Assembly (NCBI GenBank): GCA_049325595.1 | Contig: JBMOLF010000010.1 | Coordinates: forward strand, 96,001 to 160,000 | DNA: 64,000 nt | DNA from: Candidatus Babelota bacterium | GTDB lineage: Bacteria > Babelota > Babeliae > Babelales > Vermiphilaceae | Direction: 5' to 3' | Shown: in pieces, positions 18,142 through 28,331 of the stretch | Position numbering within the stretch: the first letter of the stretch is position 1 | How the letters are laid out: each line of letters opens with the position of its first letter | Translations under genes and position numbers: made by a program | The notes under the pieces: generated by a model | Seen by the model: only the letters and a program-made list of their open reading frames with translations | Database searches by the model: none | What the model was told of the DNA's origin: nothing

Positions 18142-18148
18142 TAGTTAT

Positions 18149-18178
18149 AAGGATCTCATTACCTTTGAGATCCTTTTT
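18149..18178. terminator. Intrinsic terminator between convergent genes
   Basis: AAGGATCTCA-N7-TGAGATCCTT plus T run. Confidence 0.75.
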
Positions 18179-20353
18179 TTATATTTTTGACATTGCAATG
18201 TCTTGATATTCCAACTGTTGTTCAAGAAAGTTTGCAGGCCATTCGGCATTAATATCTATTATAATACCTTTTGATGAAGTAACAGGAACAAGTCGGGGGA
18301 AAATCTCTGCAACTTCTTTTAATTCTCCTTGGATAGCTTGACGGTTCGATTTTAAAATGGTGATAAATTCTGGGTTGCGTACGCAGGATCCATATGTTTT
18401 CATTAAATTTTCAAGGGCAACGCCGTCGGCAGTTGATTTAATACGTTGTACTTCTATAGTTAAATCTTTAATGGCTTGCTTTGCTTTATTTATATCAGTG
18501 ATTCCAACATCAATTACGGTATGTGGTTTATTGCCAACATTAAATGTTTCTTGTACTATCTTGAGTCCGCCATGATCGAGCAAGTAATTTAAAATTGCGG
18601 TATTTGCTTGCGCATGTGCTTGTACAATTTCTGTAGCATGTTCTTTTTGCGAAAGCAAACGCCGTAATCCTTGTTGGGCCATGTGTGTTATAAACCATTC
18701 AATTAATTTTTCCCTGCCTATTTTTTTTGGCCAATCTTTGTAAACACCGGCTTGTGCAAGCTGGTCAAAATTATAAATGCTGGTATACAATGCAATAATT
18801 TCAGCGCGTAATTCTTCTAAGCCATCACTGTATTTACCTATAAATTCGTTGATGTTGGCTTTGGTAAGCTCTATTGTTTGACCTACTTTGTAGGTTTTAC
18901 CATCAATCATGAGTGGATCACCTTCAACAAACGTATGGTAAGCAAGTTTGCCACTACCATGCCCAAGTGTTTCGTGAAGCAGCGTGAGAATGTCCCATAA
19001 ATCGTTGTTCAACATGCCTTGAGGATCATGTTGTTCTAGCCAATCAGCATGTTCTTTGCTCATAAATAACCGTAATGCGAGCCCAGGGTTTAAAAGTTGT
19101 CCCAGACCCTTTCCTTGTTGATAGATTATTTGCTTTGAGCCGTATTGTGAGCGAATATCGTTATAATTTGGCAGACAATAAGCGGCAGTTATTCTTACCG
19201 GTCCTGCATCACCCGAACCAAAAAGTTTAGCATTCACCGAAGCATTAGGAAGGGCAGTTACATCGTGTAAATTTGACCGCATAAACTCGCTCGGGAAAGG
19301 AAGTTGCGCTTCAAGAGATGGTAACAGGGCATTAAGTGTTGCCATATCAACTACTTTGATAGTGACATCGGCTTCAAATGATCCGCGGTATTTTTTAGGG
19401 TCTTGGTATACTTCAACAAATCCAAAATTAAAATCAATACGACTATTTGTTTTTAGCCATTCGATTGAAAATTTTCTAAAATCCTCTTCATTGCCTGATT
19501 CAAGATAACGAATTAAATGTTCAAGGCTTGCAGGAATATGATTATCAAAAATAGTAGAATGTTGTACGGCGAAATTTTTAGCTTGGGTAAGCCAATAATG
19601 TGCTACTTCAAGCTCGGCAGAATATTTACCACCTATTTTGTAGGTTGCTGCCCGCGCAATTCGTTTGCCTGTCGCATTGTCTATGTATAAATAATTATTA
19701 AGCGCAGCACGTTCTTGTAGCGGTAGGGACATAAAATCATCTTCAGTAAAATCGGCGCTATAAAAATTGCCTGCGCTTTTTTCAATGCTGCCGCTTACGG
19801 TGAGTGTTGGTTCAATTGTAGCTACAAAAAGAGAATCATGTAATTGTGCAATGAGATCTGATGCATTTTTTTTGCCGATAGATTGTGCGGCTAGTATAAG
19901 ATTTTCTGGTGTGAGAGTTTTGAGATTAAGTCGTTCAGGTGTTCGCTTGTGATCTTCAAACTCTTTTAAAAAATATTGTCCATGATGAGCATGAAGATAC
20001 ACTAAAAATAATTGTGCTTCTTTTATAAATTGCTCTATTGTCTCTTTGTCGCTGAAAGAAATTAAATGTTTATTGCGTACAATCGTTTCAAAAAGATCAA
20101 TTAAATCCAAAGCATGTCGATGTACTTGATCTGCATAAATTTTATTTCCGGGCAAACTGGCCCGAAACATATAATAAGCAAAAATCCGTTCTTCAGGTTT
20201 TAAATTATTCCAAAGATCAGGTAGTTGGTCGTTATATTGTGTTGCTATTTCACTATATTGTTCGATTTTTGTTGGTGCTTTTTGCAAAGCAATTATGGTT
20301 TGAGCTGCGTGAAGAACAGTAGCGATCATGAGTGCTCCAATTATAAGATACAT
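18179..20353 (-). CDS. Dipeptidyl peptidase III (M49) with signal peptide
   Basis: HETLGHGSGKL zinc motif, EELRAE, GFVEVYQDP, LPNY..IR..YGSK, QAH.QA. Confidence 0.92.
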   Translation of the reverse strand: MYLIIGALMIATVLHAAQTIIALQKAPTKIEQYSEIATQYNDQLPDLWNNLKPEERIFAYYMFRASLPGNKIYADQVHRHALDLIDLFETIVRNKHLISFSDKETIEQFIKEAQLFLVYLHAHHGQYFLKEFEDHKRTPERLNLKTLTPENLILAAQSIGKKNASDLIAQLHDSLFVATIEPTLTVSGSIEKSAGNFYSADFTEDDFMSLPLQERAALNNYLYIDNATGKRIARAATYKIGGKYSAELEVAHYWLTQAKNFAVQHSTIFDNHIPASLEHLIRYLESGNEEDFRKFSIEWLKTNSRIDFNFGFVEVYQDPKKYRGSFEADVTIKVVDMATLNALLPSLEAQLPFPSEFMRSNLHDVTALPNASVNAKLFGSGDAGPVRITAAYCLPNYNDIRSQYGSKQIIYQQGKGLGQLLNPGLALRLFMSKEHADWLEQHDPQGMLNNDLWDILTLLHETLGHGSGKLAYHTFVEGDPLMIDGKTYKVGQTIELTKANINEFIGKYSDGLEELRAEIIALYTSIYNFDQLAQAGVYKDWPKKIGREKLIEWFITHMAQQGLRRLLSQKEHATEIVQAHAQANTAILNYLLDHGGLKIVQETFNVGNKPHTVIDVGITDINKAKQAIKDLTIEVQRIKSTADGVALENLMKTYGSCVRNPEFITILKSNRQAIQGELKEVAEIFPRLVPVTSSKGIIIDINAEWPANFLEQQLEYQDIAMSKI

Positions 20354-20401
20354 TTTTATCCAAGTGTAAAAGGTTGGCCGACGAATAACAAATCGACATG
20401 A

Positions 20402-21394
20402 TTAATTTTTTTGTGAATTTTCAAATAATTTTTTAAATTCGCTGTATCCTTCCTTGTCTAAATCCTCTAAAGGAATAAAGCGAAGAGCTGCAGAATTAAT
20501 GCAATATCGTTTACCTATCGGGGCAGGGCCATCATCAAAAACATGTCCTAAATGTGAGTTGCCGTTAGCGCTTTTTACCTCAGTGCGCACGATGGGTAGG
20601 GTGGTATCATCTTTGTAAATAATATTTTCAGCTATCAAAGGTTTAGTAAAACTTGGCCATCCCGTTCCTGAATCATATTTATCAAGTGAACTAAATAGGG
20701 GTTCTCCGGTAACAATATCAACATATATTCCCGGCTTTTTGTTATCCCAATATTCATTCTGGAAGGGTTTTTCTGTAACACTGCATTGCGTGACTTGGTA
20801 TTGCAAAGGAGTTAATTTTTTTTTTAGTTCTTGATCACTTGGTTTGTTAAATTTTTGCACCGGATTATGCCAAATTTTTTTCAAAAATTGATCACGGCCT
20901 GAACTTTGTCGATACAATTTATAGTGAGTAGGATTGTTTTGAGCATAATTTTGATGATATCCTTCAGCGAGATAAAACGTAGTATAAGGGAGTATTTCGG
21001 TTACAATTGGCTTATTAAATCTACCAGATTGATTTAAATTTTTTTTTGATTCTTCAGCTAACTTTTTTTGTTCTAGATTGTGGTAGTAAATTGCTGAACT
21101 ATAATGAGGACCCCGATCAATAAATTGGCCACCAGAATCGGTTGGATCGATTTGTTGCCAAAACGTATCTAATAATGTTTGATAACTAACTTTATGTGGA
21201 TCATAGGTAATTTGTACCGCTTCTTTGTAGCCTAATGATGCATAATTTTGATATGTGGGATTTTCTCCACTACCACCAGCATAACCAGCATAAACAGTTT
21301 CTACGCCAGATAATTGTTCAAATGGCGATTGCATGCACCAAAAGCATCCACCTGCAAAAGTTGCTACTTCTTTTTGTGAGAGTTGATTTTGCAT
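20402..21394 (-). CDS. msrAB: Fused methionine sulfoxide reductase MsrA-MsrB
   Basis: GGCFWC (MsrA); [24 protein letters not shown] (MsrB). Confidence 0.97.
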   Translation of the reverse strand: MQNQLSQKEVATFAGGCFWCMQSPFEQLSGVETVYAGYAGGSGENPTYQNYASLGYKEAVQITYDPHKVSYQTLLDTFWQQIDPTDSGGQFIDRGPHYSSAIYYHNLEQKKLAEESKKNLNQSGRFNKPIVTEILPYTTFYLAEGYHQNYAQNNPTHYKLYRQSSGRDQFLKKIWHNPVQKFNKPSDQELKKKLTPLQYQVTQCSVTEKPFQNEYWDNKKPGIYVDIVTGEPLFSSLDKYDSGTGWPSFTKPLIAENIIYKDDTTLPIVRTEVKSANGNSHLGHVFDDGPAPIGKRYCINSAALRFIPLEDLDKEGYSEFKKLFENSQKN

Positions 21395-21540
21395 TATGGT
21401 TCCATTTCATATAGATTTTTTGTTCTTATCAGCTTTGCAAAGTGATGTTGATATGCTCAATAGTTTTTACAGATTCATATTCTTGCACTATTTACATAAT
21501 TGCCTATGCTAGAGGTGGTTTTTTTAATTAGAGGTTTACT

Positions 21541-22308
21541 ATGAAAAAAATCATTCTTATTTTGATATTCTCTATCCATTCATTGATATCGGGTAATTAT
21601 TCGTTGTATGACATTAATTCACTTTCTGAAGTGATATCTTGTGTTGATAATAATACTTTAGTAATTTTTGATATTGATAATACTTTACTACACCCGGCCA
21701 CAGATCTTGGCTCTGATCAATGGTTTTATCATAAAGTACAAGAACTGATGCTCGATGGTATTGATCATCAAAAAGCTTTACAAGAAATGCTGCCTATCTA
21801 TTTTCATATCAATCACCATATACATTTAGTGCCTACCGAAGCTGATGCGTTAGAAATTGTAAAACAGATTCAACAAAAAACAGATTTTGTTATGTGTTTA
21901 ACAGCTCGTTCATTGTCTCTGATAAGAGTTACCCAGGAGCAATTGCGGAAAAATAATTTTAGTTTCAAATTGTTTGATTTAAAACATCATGAATTTCACC
22001 TTACGTATCCCTGTTGTTATAGTGATGGTGTTTTATTTTGCGCAAGTAACGATAAAGGAATAGCGCTGTTTGCATTACTTGATCATGTAGGATTTACGCC
22101 AGGTAAAATTATTATTATTGATGATAAAGAAAAAAATTTGCACGCTTTGATACATGCGGCACAAAAAAGAAAAATTCCATGCATTGGATTACGCTATGCC
22201 GGATGTGATCATCGAGTGGTGAACTTTGATAAGCATCGTACACAAGTTGAGTTTGAAGATTTTATTAGCAAACATCCATTGGCAACTAATTTAGGGGAGA
22301 ATAAATGA
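21541..22308 (+). CDS. HAD-like DUF2608 family protein with signal peptide
   Basis: FDIDNTL, LTAR, KG.AL, IIIIDD HAD motifs; LGSDQWF. Confidence 0.8.
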   Translation: MKKIILILIFSIHSLISGNYSLYDINSLSEVISCVDNNTLVIFDIDNTLLHPATDLGSDQWFYHKVQELMLDGIDHQKALQEMLPIYFHINHHIHLVPTEADALEIVKQIQQKTDFVMCLTARSLSLIRVTQEQLRKNNFSFKLFDLKHHEFHLTYPCCYSDGVLFCASNDKGIALFALLDHVGFTPGKIIIIDDKEKNLHALIHAAQKRKIPCIGLRYAGCDHRVVNFDKHRTQVEFEDFISKHPLATNLGENK

Positions 22309-22877
22309 TAAAAGATTTGTATTATGTCACGGGCAATCAGGGCAAATATGAAATGGTAAAAAATTATTTGGCTGCCTATGCATCGGTTACCATCAAAAAT
22401 ATCGATTTAGATTTATTTGAAGAGCAAACGTTGGACTTGCAAAAAATAGCCATTTCTAAAGCTGAGCAGGCGTGGTCAAAAGTGGGCAAGCCAGTTCTTG
22501 TTGATGATTCGGGAATTTTTTTTAAACAATATAATCAATTTCCTGGCGTAATGACAAAATTTGTTTTTCAAGCATTGGGGTTTGAGGGGTTGTTTCGGTT
22601 ATATGATGAAGGTGACGAAGCAGAATTTGTTACGTATCTTGGATTTAAAGTAAGCGATAGCCAAACAAAAATTTTTGAAGGATGTGTTAGAGGCACGCTT
22701 ATAAAACCACACAATTATGATAAGCAAACTGACCTGCCCTATCAGCATATTTTAGTTCCTTACGGCCAGGAAAAAACTTTATTTGAACTCACTAAAATTA
22801 TGGGTTATTCAGAATTTAATCCGCGTATTATTGCATTGCAAAAATTAATCGATTATCTAAAGCTTGATCAAGCCTAA
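22305..22877 (+). CDS. Non-canonical purine NTP pyrophosphatase (Ham1/RdgB family), divergent
   Basis: VTGNQGK, KA..A, VLVDDSG, FPG..TK, FEG.VRG. Confidence 0.85.
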   Translation: MIKDLYYVTGNQGKYEMVKNYLAAYASVTIKNIDLDLFEEQTLDLQKIAISKAEQAWSKVGKPVLVDDSGIFFKQYNQFPGVMTKFVFQALGFEGLFRLYDEGDEAEFVTYLGFKVSDSQTKIFEGCVRGTLIKPHNYDKQTDLPYQHILVPYGQEKTLFELTKIMGYSEFNPRIIALQKLIDYLKLDQA

Positions 22878-22945
22878 TTTTATTGACTATTTGTACAAAA
22901 AATATAAAGTTATACTATATCAAATTGGATGTGGAGGTTTATCCG

Positions 22946-23689
22946 ATGAAATTACTTTATATTACTCTTTTGATTGGTATTTATTCAGGTTTTCAAGCGA
23001 ACGGATCTTTTTTTAGTTCTCAATCAAACTATTTTGATTATAGCCAACCATTACCTGCTCATCTCAAACAAATACTTGATCAGAATTATCAACAGATAAA
23101 AGAGCATGCAAAACCATTGACTGGTGCTGTTACTTTTAAATTTTTACCAAATTGGTATGTAAAAAATAGCGCAGAAGCTCGTCTAAATGGTGCTAAAAAA
23201 TTAGCTGCTGCAATTCAAACTACTAATAAGAGTGATCTTTTTATTTTGCCAAGAAAATATCTTTATGAAGGTATAAACAATCGAACATATGCTATTGCCG
23301 AACATATTGAAAAAAAAGATGATATTTTCTCACAAGATGAGATAAAAGAAATAATACGAGTAGCAAAAAATAGTAAGTGGTATGATTGCCACTCAGGAAA
23401 CTTTTTTAGAACCCCATCTGGTAAAATAGCTATTATTGATACCGAAAGTAGTAATGCCGATAATATTACCAACGAATATGAATTGAAATTTATAATTGTT
23501 CATAAACTACTCACTAAAAGTAATCCAAAAATTTTTACTCCAGAAACAAAAAATTATTTAGAAAAAAAATATAAAGATTATATCGATTGGCCAAAAGATA
23601 GTCATATAGCCTATTTAAAAAAACGAAAAGATATTAAAAACCGATGTCAGCGTGTTAGTAATCAATTACATGAGTTTATGGGATTTTAA
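22946..23689 (+). CDS. Signal-peptide protein with kinase-like motifs
   Basis: GGAGG RBS; WYVK, DCHSGN, IAIIDTE. Confidence 0.6.
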   Translation: MKLLYITLLIGIYSGFQANGSFFSSQSNYFDYSQPLPAHLKQILDQNYQQIKEHAKPLTGAVTFKFLPNWYVKNSAEARLNGAKKLAAAIQTTNKSDLFILPRKYLYEGINNRTYAIAEHIEKKDDIFSQDEIKEIIRVAKNSKWYDCHSGNFFRTPSGKIAIIDTESSNADNITNEYELKFIIVHKLLTKSNPKIFTPETKNYLEKKYKDYIDWPKDSHIAYLKKRKDIKNRCQRVSNQLHEFMGF

Positions 23690-23710
23690 TTAACCAAAAT
23701 TTAACATATT

Positions 23711-23742
23711 AAAAAAGCGTACTGCAATTGGTACGCTTTTTT
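23711..23742. terminator. Bidirectional intrinsic terminator
   Basis: AAAAAAGCGTAC-N8-GTACGCTTTTTT between convergent genes. Confidence 0.8.
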
Positions 23743-23759
23743 ATTGCACAAAATTTCAA

Positions 23760-24560
23760 TTATTGTTTGGTTGCACGGTAACGCTCAAGTTGAGTTTGAG
23801 GGTTATAATCTAACCACAATTTGCCTTTTAATCGATACCATTGATACATAAGCCAAGAACAACTACGTTTGCCCCAATGTATTTGTTTTTCCTTGATAGC
23901 GATCCAATTTTCAGATCCGATTTTATCAACGGCTGCAATTTCATTTTGGGTAATATCTTTATGTGTTTTAACAATGAATGCTGTTTTTGCTGCATATAAA
24001 GCGGCAAGATAACTGCCAATAATTAATGCTAATTTAGACTGTGTTGCTTTTTTAATATAAGGGGTTACCGTTTGGGTTAGAGCGCTTAACTCTTTTCTAT
24101 AGAGGATGCTTGCTATGCCAATTGTTGTCCATAAACTGAATTTTTCAAATGATTTTAAATGGTTCCATGCGTTATTTTTTGATAAAATTTCCGGATTGCT
24201 ATTGTTTTGAATGCGTTGTAATTGAACAGCAATCTCAGCAGCTTGTTCTTCTTCGGAAAGATAGAGAAAAAAATTAGGACGCAATAGAATGATTTTGTTG
24301 CCCACTTTTTTTACAAAACGATTCATTCTTGTTGCGGTATAAAACTGAACATCATTTTCAGTTAATCCAAAGTTTTGAAGTACGTTTTTCACTGCTTCTG
24401 GTAATTGATCGGTATAAGGCATTACTTCATTATATGAGTCATACAAGATTGCTTCATACGCTTTTTCATTACGATAATCTTGCTTGTAGTTATCATTTGA
24501 AGATGCTTCTTCTGTGTAAATAGCAAAAGTAGTAAGAAGTAACGCTAATAATAATTGCAT
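23760..24560 (-). CDS. Signal-peptide membrane protein, possible inactive M48 peptidase homolog
   Basis: AGGAG RBS before ATG 24560; LSEEEQAAEIAVQLQRI, two hydrophobic segments, QNEIAAVD. Confidence 0.55.
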   Translation of the reverse strand: MQLLLALLLTTFAIYTEEASSNDNYKQDYRNEKAYEAILYDSYNEVMPYTDQLPEAVKNVLQNFGLTENDVQFYTATRMNRFVKKVGNKIILLRPNFFLYLSEEEQAAEIAVQLQRIQNNSNPEILSKNNAWNHLKSFEKFSLWTTIGIASILYRKELSALTQTVTPYIKKATQSKLALIIGSYLAALYAAKTAFIVKTHKDITQNEIAAVDKIGSENWIAIKEKQIHWGKRSCSWLMYQWYRLKGKLWLDYNPQTQLERYRATKQ

Positions 24561-24710
24561 GAAAAAACTCCTTTGATTTGTTGTAAAAAATTGTGGTAAC
24601 TCTAGCATATTTTGATAAATACACAACCGAGTAGCCATTCATCGAGTTTATAAATTAATTACCTATGTTACACTAAAAATATTCAATTGTTTGTTAATAA
24701 AGGATTAATA

Positions 24711-24917
24711 ATGCGTTATGCACAACCAAACTATTCTGGCATTCTCTATCTTTTGTTAGGTATTTTTCTTATTGCATGGTCAAGCGCTATTTTGCTCAGA
24801 ATTGCGGCATTTATTTGTGGCCTATTTTTAATTAACTCAGGGCTTAGTCTTTTAGGATATCGCAGCTTAACTTCATATGCATCTCCGTTATTTATGCGCG
24901 GTTTCAGAGGCTTCTAA
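24711..24917 (+). CDS. Small two-helix membrane protein
   Basis: AAGGA RBS; two hydrophobic segments. Confidence 0.65.
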   Translation: MRYAQPNYSGILYLLLGIFLIAWSSAILLRIAAFICGLFLINSGLSLLGYRSLTSYASPLFMRGFRGF

Positions 24918-24985
24918 TTTTAAATTTATTGCAACAATACTATAGGGCTTGTTAGGTTTTCTCAAACAAAGCAAGTGAGGTGCCT

Positions 24986-26182
24986 ATGAAAGCTGTTGTA
25001 TTTAAAGGAATTGGATCTATAGCTGTAGAAAATGTAGCTGATCCTGTTCTTGTCGATCAAAAAGATGCTATTGTGAAAATAACCACTAGTGCTATTTGTG
25101 GAACTGATTTACATTTTGTTCGTGGAACTATTGCAGGCATGAAGCCTGATACGGCCTTAGGACATGAAGCCGTAGGGGTTATTGAGCAGGTCGGTGATAA
25201 GGTTAAAGAATTTAAAGTTGGTGATCGGGTAATTGTGCCCTCAACTATTGGCTGTGGTATTTGTAGCTATTGTCAAAAAAAATTATTTGCTCAATGTGAT
25301 AATGCTAATCCTCATGGACCTCATGCAGGTACTGCTTTTTACGGAGGTCCAGCAGACAGTGGTCCTTTCCAAGGCATGCAAGCTGAAAAAGTACGTGTGC
25401 CATATGCAGATGTTAATTTAATTAAAATTCCCGACTCATTGACTGATGATCAAGTTATTTTGTTATCTGACATTTTACCAACTGCCTATATGGCGGTTGA
25501 AATGGTAGATGTTAAACCCACTGATTCGGTTGCTGTATTTGGCTGCGGTCCTGTGGGTCAACTGGTAATTTTATGCCTCAAGCAATTAGGCGTTAAAACT
25601 ATATTTGCGATTGATCGAGTGCCCTATCGTTTACTCAAAGCACAATCGCAAGGTGCTCATATTTTAAATTTTGATCTTGTTGATCCGGTTATTGAATTGC
25701 TTAAACTTACTAATAATCAAGGGCCCGATAGAGTAATTGACGCGGTTGGCGTTGATGCTGAGCGTCCGGTTTGGTGTACTCAAGAAGAGGCAAAAAAATT
25801 TGATGAAGAGGTACAAGAAGTTGCCCCAAAAACAAACATAAAAGATGGCAACTGGATTCCTGGCTCAGGTCCATCACAAGCACTTGATTGGGCCGTTAAG
25901 TCAGTAGCTAAATGTGGAACAGTTTCAATTATTGGCGTGTATGCGGATGCCTCAAAAAAATTTTTAATTGGCGATGCAATGAACAAGAATGTAGTAGTTC
26001 GCATGGGTAATTGTAATCACCGAGCTTATTTTCCAAAATTATTAGATTGGGTACAAAATAAACAGGTTGATTTAACTGCTTTTATATCTCATAAAATACC
26101 ACTTGATCAAGCTCTAGATGCTTATAAGCATTTTGATAAGCGCGAAGAAGGGTGGTTAAAAGTAGTTTTAAAAATTGTCTGA
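24986..26182 (+). CDS. Zinc-dependent alcohol/formaldehyde dehydrogenase (MDR family)
   Basis: ICGTDLH, GHEAVG, CGIC..C...C, LSDILPTAY, GCGPVG. Confidence 0.93.
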   Translation: MKAVVFKGIGSIAVENVADPVLVDQKDAIVKITTSAICGTDLHFVRGTIAGMKPDTALGHEAVGVIEQVGDKVKEFKVGDRVIVPSTIGCGICSYCQKKLFAQCDNANPHGPHAGTAFYGGPADSGPFQGMQAEKVRVPYADVNLIKIPDSLTDDQVILLSDILPTAYMAVEMVDVKPTDSVAVFGCGPVGQLVILCLKQLGVKTIFAIDRVPYRLLKAQSQGAHILNFDLVDPVIELLKLTNNQGPDRVIDAVGVDAERPVWCTQEEAKKFDEEVQEVAPKTNIKDGNWIPGSGPSQALDWAVKSVAKCGTVSIIGVYADASKKFLIGDAMNKNVVVRMGNCNHRAYFPKLLDWVQNKQVDLTAFISHKIPLDQALDAYKHFDKREEGWLKVVLKIV

Positions 26183-26236
26183 TCTAACCCTAATTTTTAC
26201 AAAATGCTCAAATAAGGTAAACTTTTTAAAAAAACC

Positions 26237-27304
26237 GTGCAAATGTACTCTTTTGCGGTATTGATTATGAAATATGGTTTATTGTTAATTTCGTTTATTG
26301 TAATGAAGATACATACAAAAAATGACTATGAATGGGTAAATTTAAATTCTTTGGCTATTCAAACGATTTTTTATCAAGGAATGCTTTCATCACAAGTTCA
26401 AGCAGCACGTTATACTAGTGAACAAGGTTTTATTGCAACCACTGGTGAACATGTGCATTGCAAGCATGGAATTGATATTATCAATAATCTCTATATTGGC
26501 GATGAAATAGACGAAGTAGTTCCTTGGCGTGCTCCGCACTACAAAAAATCTTTTTGGAAATCGATAAAAGCTCGTTTTCACAAATTAATAAGTCGCGCTG
26601 CAAATAAACGTGATGGTATTCATATTGTTGCTAATAGTAATGGTCCTAGTTTGCAAGCGCACATTGTTAAATTTAAAAAAGTTAATATCGCCCAAAACAA
26701 TGATTTAGTTAATCACAAACACAAATACGAGTTATGCTGCAAAGAATTTCCAGAACAAAAATTGGGCTTTTTTGGTGTTTCGCGAGGTGCCGCAACTACG
26801 TTTATTGCATTGGCTTGTAATAACTATGATTTATCAAAAATCAAGTTTGTTATTCTCGAAGGCTGTTTTGATGCGATTGAGCATTTAATTAAATTGCGTG
26901 TGCCGGTTCTTGGAAGCTACGGGTGGAGTAGAACGTTGCTCAATAAACTATTGTATTCAGTTTTTGGTGATTATCGTTTTGATGGAATCAGCCCATTATC
27001 AGTTGTTGAGCAATTTCCTCATTCTATTCCTGTGCTTTTTGTTACCTCAAAAAAAGATAAAAATGTGCCTTATGAATCTACTATGAACTTAGCCCATCAT
27101 CTTGCTAAATCGGGCCATCCACATGTTTATGTTTTAGTGCTCTCAAATTCGGGGCATAATGGCTATTATAAAGATAGTCTTGATGACCGATATCTTTACC
27201 GATGCTGCGTTCATGCTTTTTACAAAAAACTCAATTTACCTCATATTCCTTTCTATGCTGAACAAGGTAAAGAGTTGTTAAATTCATGCAAATTAAACGT
27301 CTAA
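26237..27304 (+). CDS. Alpha/beta hydrolase; start uncertain
   Basis: GVSRG nucleophile elbow, SKKDKNVP (Asp), SGHN (His). Confidence 0.8.
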   Translation: MQMYSFAVLIMKYGLLLISFIVMKIHTKNDYEWVNLNSLAIQTIFYQGMLSSQVQAARYTSEQGFIATTGEHVHCKHGIDIINNLYIGDEIDEVVPWRAPHYKKSFWKSIKARFHKLISRAANKRDGIHIVANSNGPSLQAHIVKFKKVNIAQNNDLVNHKHKYELCCKEFPEQKLGFFGVSRGAATTFIALACNNYDLSKIKFVILEGCFDAIEHLIKLRVPVLGSYGWSRTLLNKLLYSVFGDYRFDGISPLSVVEQFPHSIPVLFVTSKKDKNVPYESTMNLAHHLAKSGHPHVYVLVLSNSGHNGYYKDSLDDRYLYRCCVHAFYKKLNLPHIPFYAEQGKELLNSCKLNV

Positions 27305-27446
27305 TTATTCAAAAACGGTTATTTTTTTGATAAACTGCGAAAATTCGGCCTTTGCTTGATCCAAATAGAAACTTTTATTGACTTTGTTTTGTATTGAGCT
27401 ATTCTGATAGTAGATTTAAAAACGAAATTTAATGGAGGAAATTCGT

Positions 27447-28193
27447 ATGAAATCTATAAAAACAATATCTTTATCATTGTTGTCATTGGTTGTGGTTGGT
27501 TCACAGCTTAATGCAATGAATATTCCAACCAAAGTTGGACCACATGCAACATTTATTGCTCGCATTACACCTAAAAGACAACCGGTTAATTTTTTTGCAC
27601 CGGTGGTAAATGTTGAACCTGCTATTAATGTTGAAGATCCATATGCGATCGCAACACAGCAAGAATTATTAGATCAATCGGCAGGATTACCTGCGCAAGA
27701 AGTTGTAGCCTCAGTATCATTTGCACAACGTGCACAACAATTTGCAAAAAATGCTTTTAATGCTGCATCTGAAAAAGCACAAACTTTTAAAACAGCAGTA
27801 GCTGAAAAAGCAAAAAATGCTTATAACAGTGAAATGGTTCAAAAAGGTTTTGCAAAATTAGCAAACGTACATGAATTTGCAGTAACACAAGGTAAAGTTG
27901 TTGCAGCTAAGGTATCTGAAAAAGCAACCCAAGCTATGGAATTTGTAAAAGAAAATCCAAAATTAGTTGCTGGTGTAGCAGCTGGTTTAATTGCTACTTA
28001 TGGTGTATACAAAGTTGTTACTGATTTGCTTAAGCAAAGAGACAGCGATGTTGTTGTAGATGAAAAAAAAGAACAACATTTTAGTGAATTAACTCCCGAA
28101 GAAGCTCAGAAGCTTATAGGTATGGGTAATGGCATGGAAGAATCTATCATAGATCCAGAACATGCAGCACAAATGGAAGCAAATAGACAATAA
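27447..28193 (+). CDS. Signal-peptide Ala/Lys-rich protein with one internal TM helix
   Basis: GGAGG RBS; SQLNA-MN; amphipathic region; NPKLVAGVAAGLIATYGVYK. Confidence 0.8.
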   Translation: MKSIKTISLSLLSLVVVGSQLNAMNIPTKVGPHATFIARITPKRQPVNFFAPVVNVEPAINVEDPYAIATQQELLDQSAGLPAQEVVASVSFAQRAQQFAKNAFNAASEKAQTFKTAVAEKAKNAYNSEMVQKGFAKLANVHEFAVTQGKVVAAKVSEKATQAMEFVKENPKLVAGVAAGLIATYGVYKVVTDLLKQRDSDVVVDEKKEQHFSELTPEEAQKLIGMGNGMEESIIDPEHAAQMEANRQ

Positions 28194-28211
28194 GAACTTC
28201 TTTGAAGATGT

Positions 28212-28239
28212 AATCCCTCTCTTACGAGAGGGATTTTTT
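28212..28239 (+). terminator. Intrinsic terminator
   Basis: AATCCCTCTC-ttac-GAGAGGGATT plus T run. Confidence 0.8.
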
Positions 28240-28331
28240 ATGCAAAAAATTGAATAAAAATTGTTTGTTTAATTTGCTATTTTCGCCCGATATGATATTC
28301 TATTAGTAATAAATTTGTGGAGGTTAAAACT

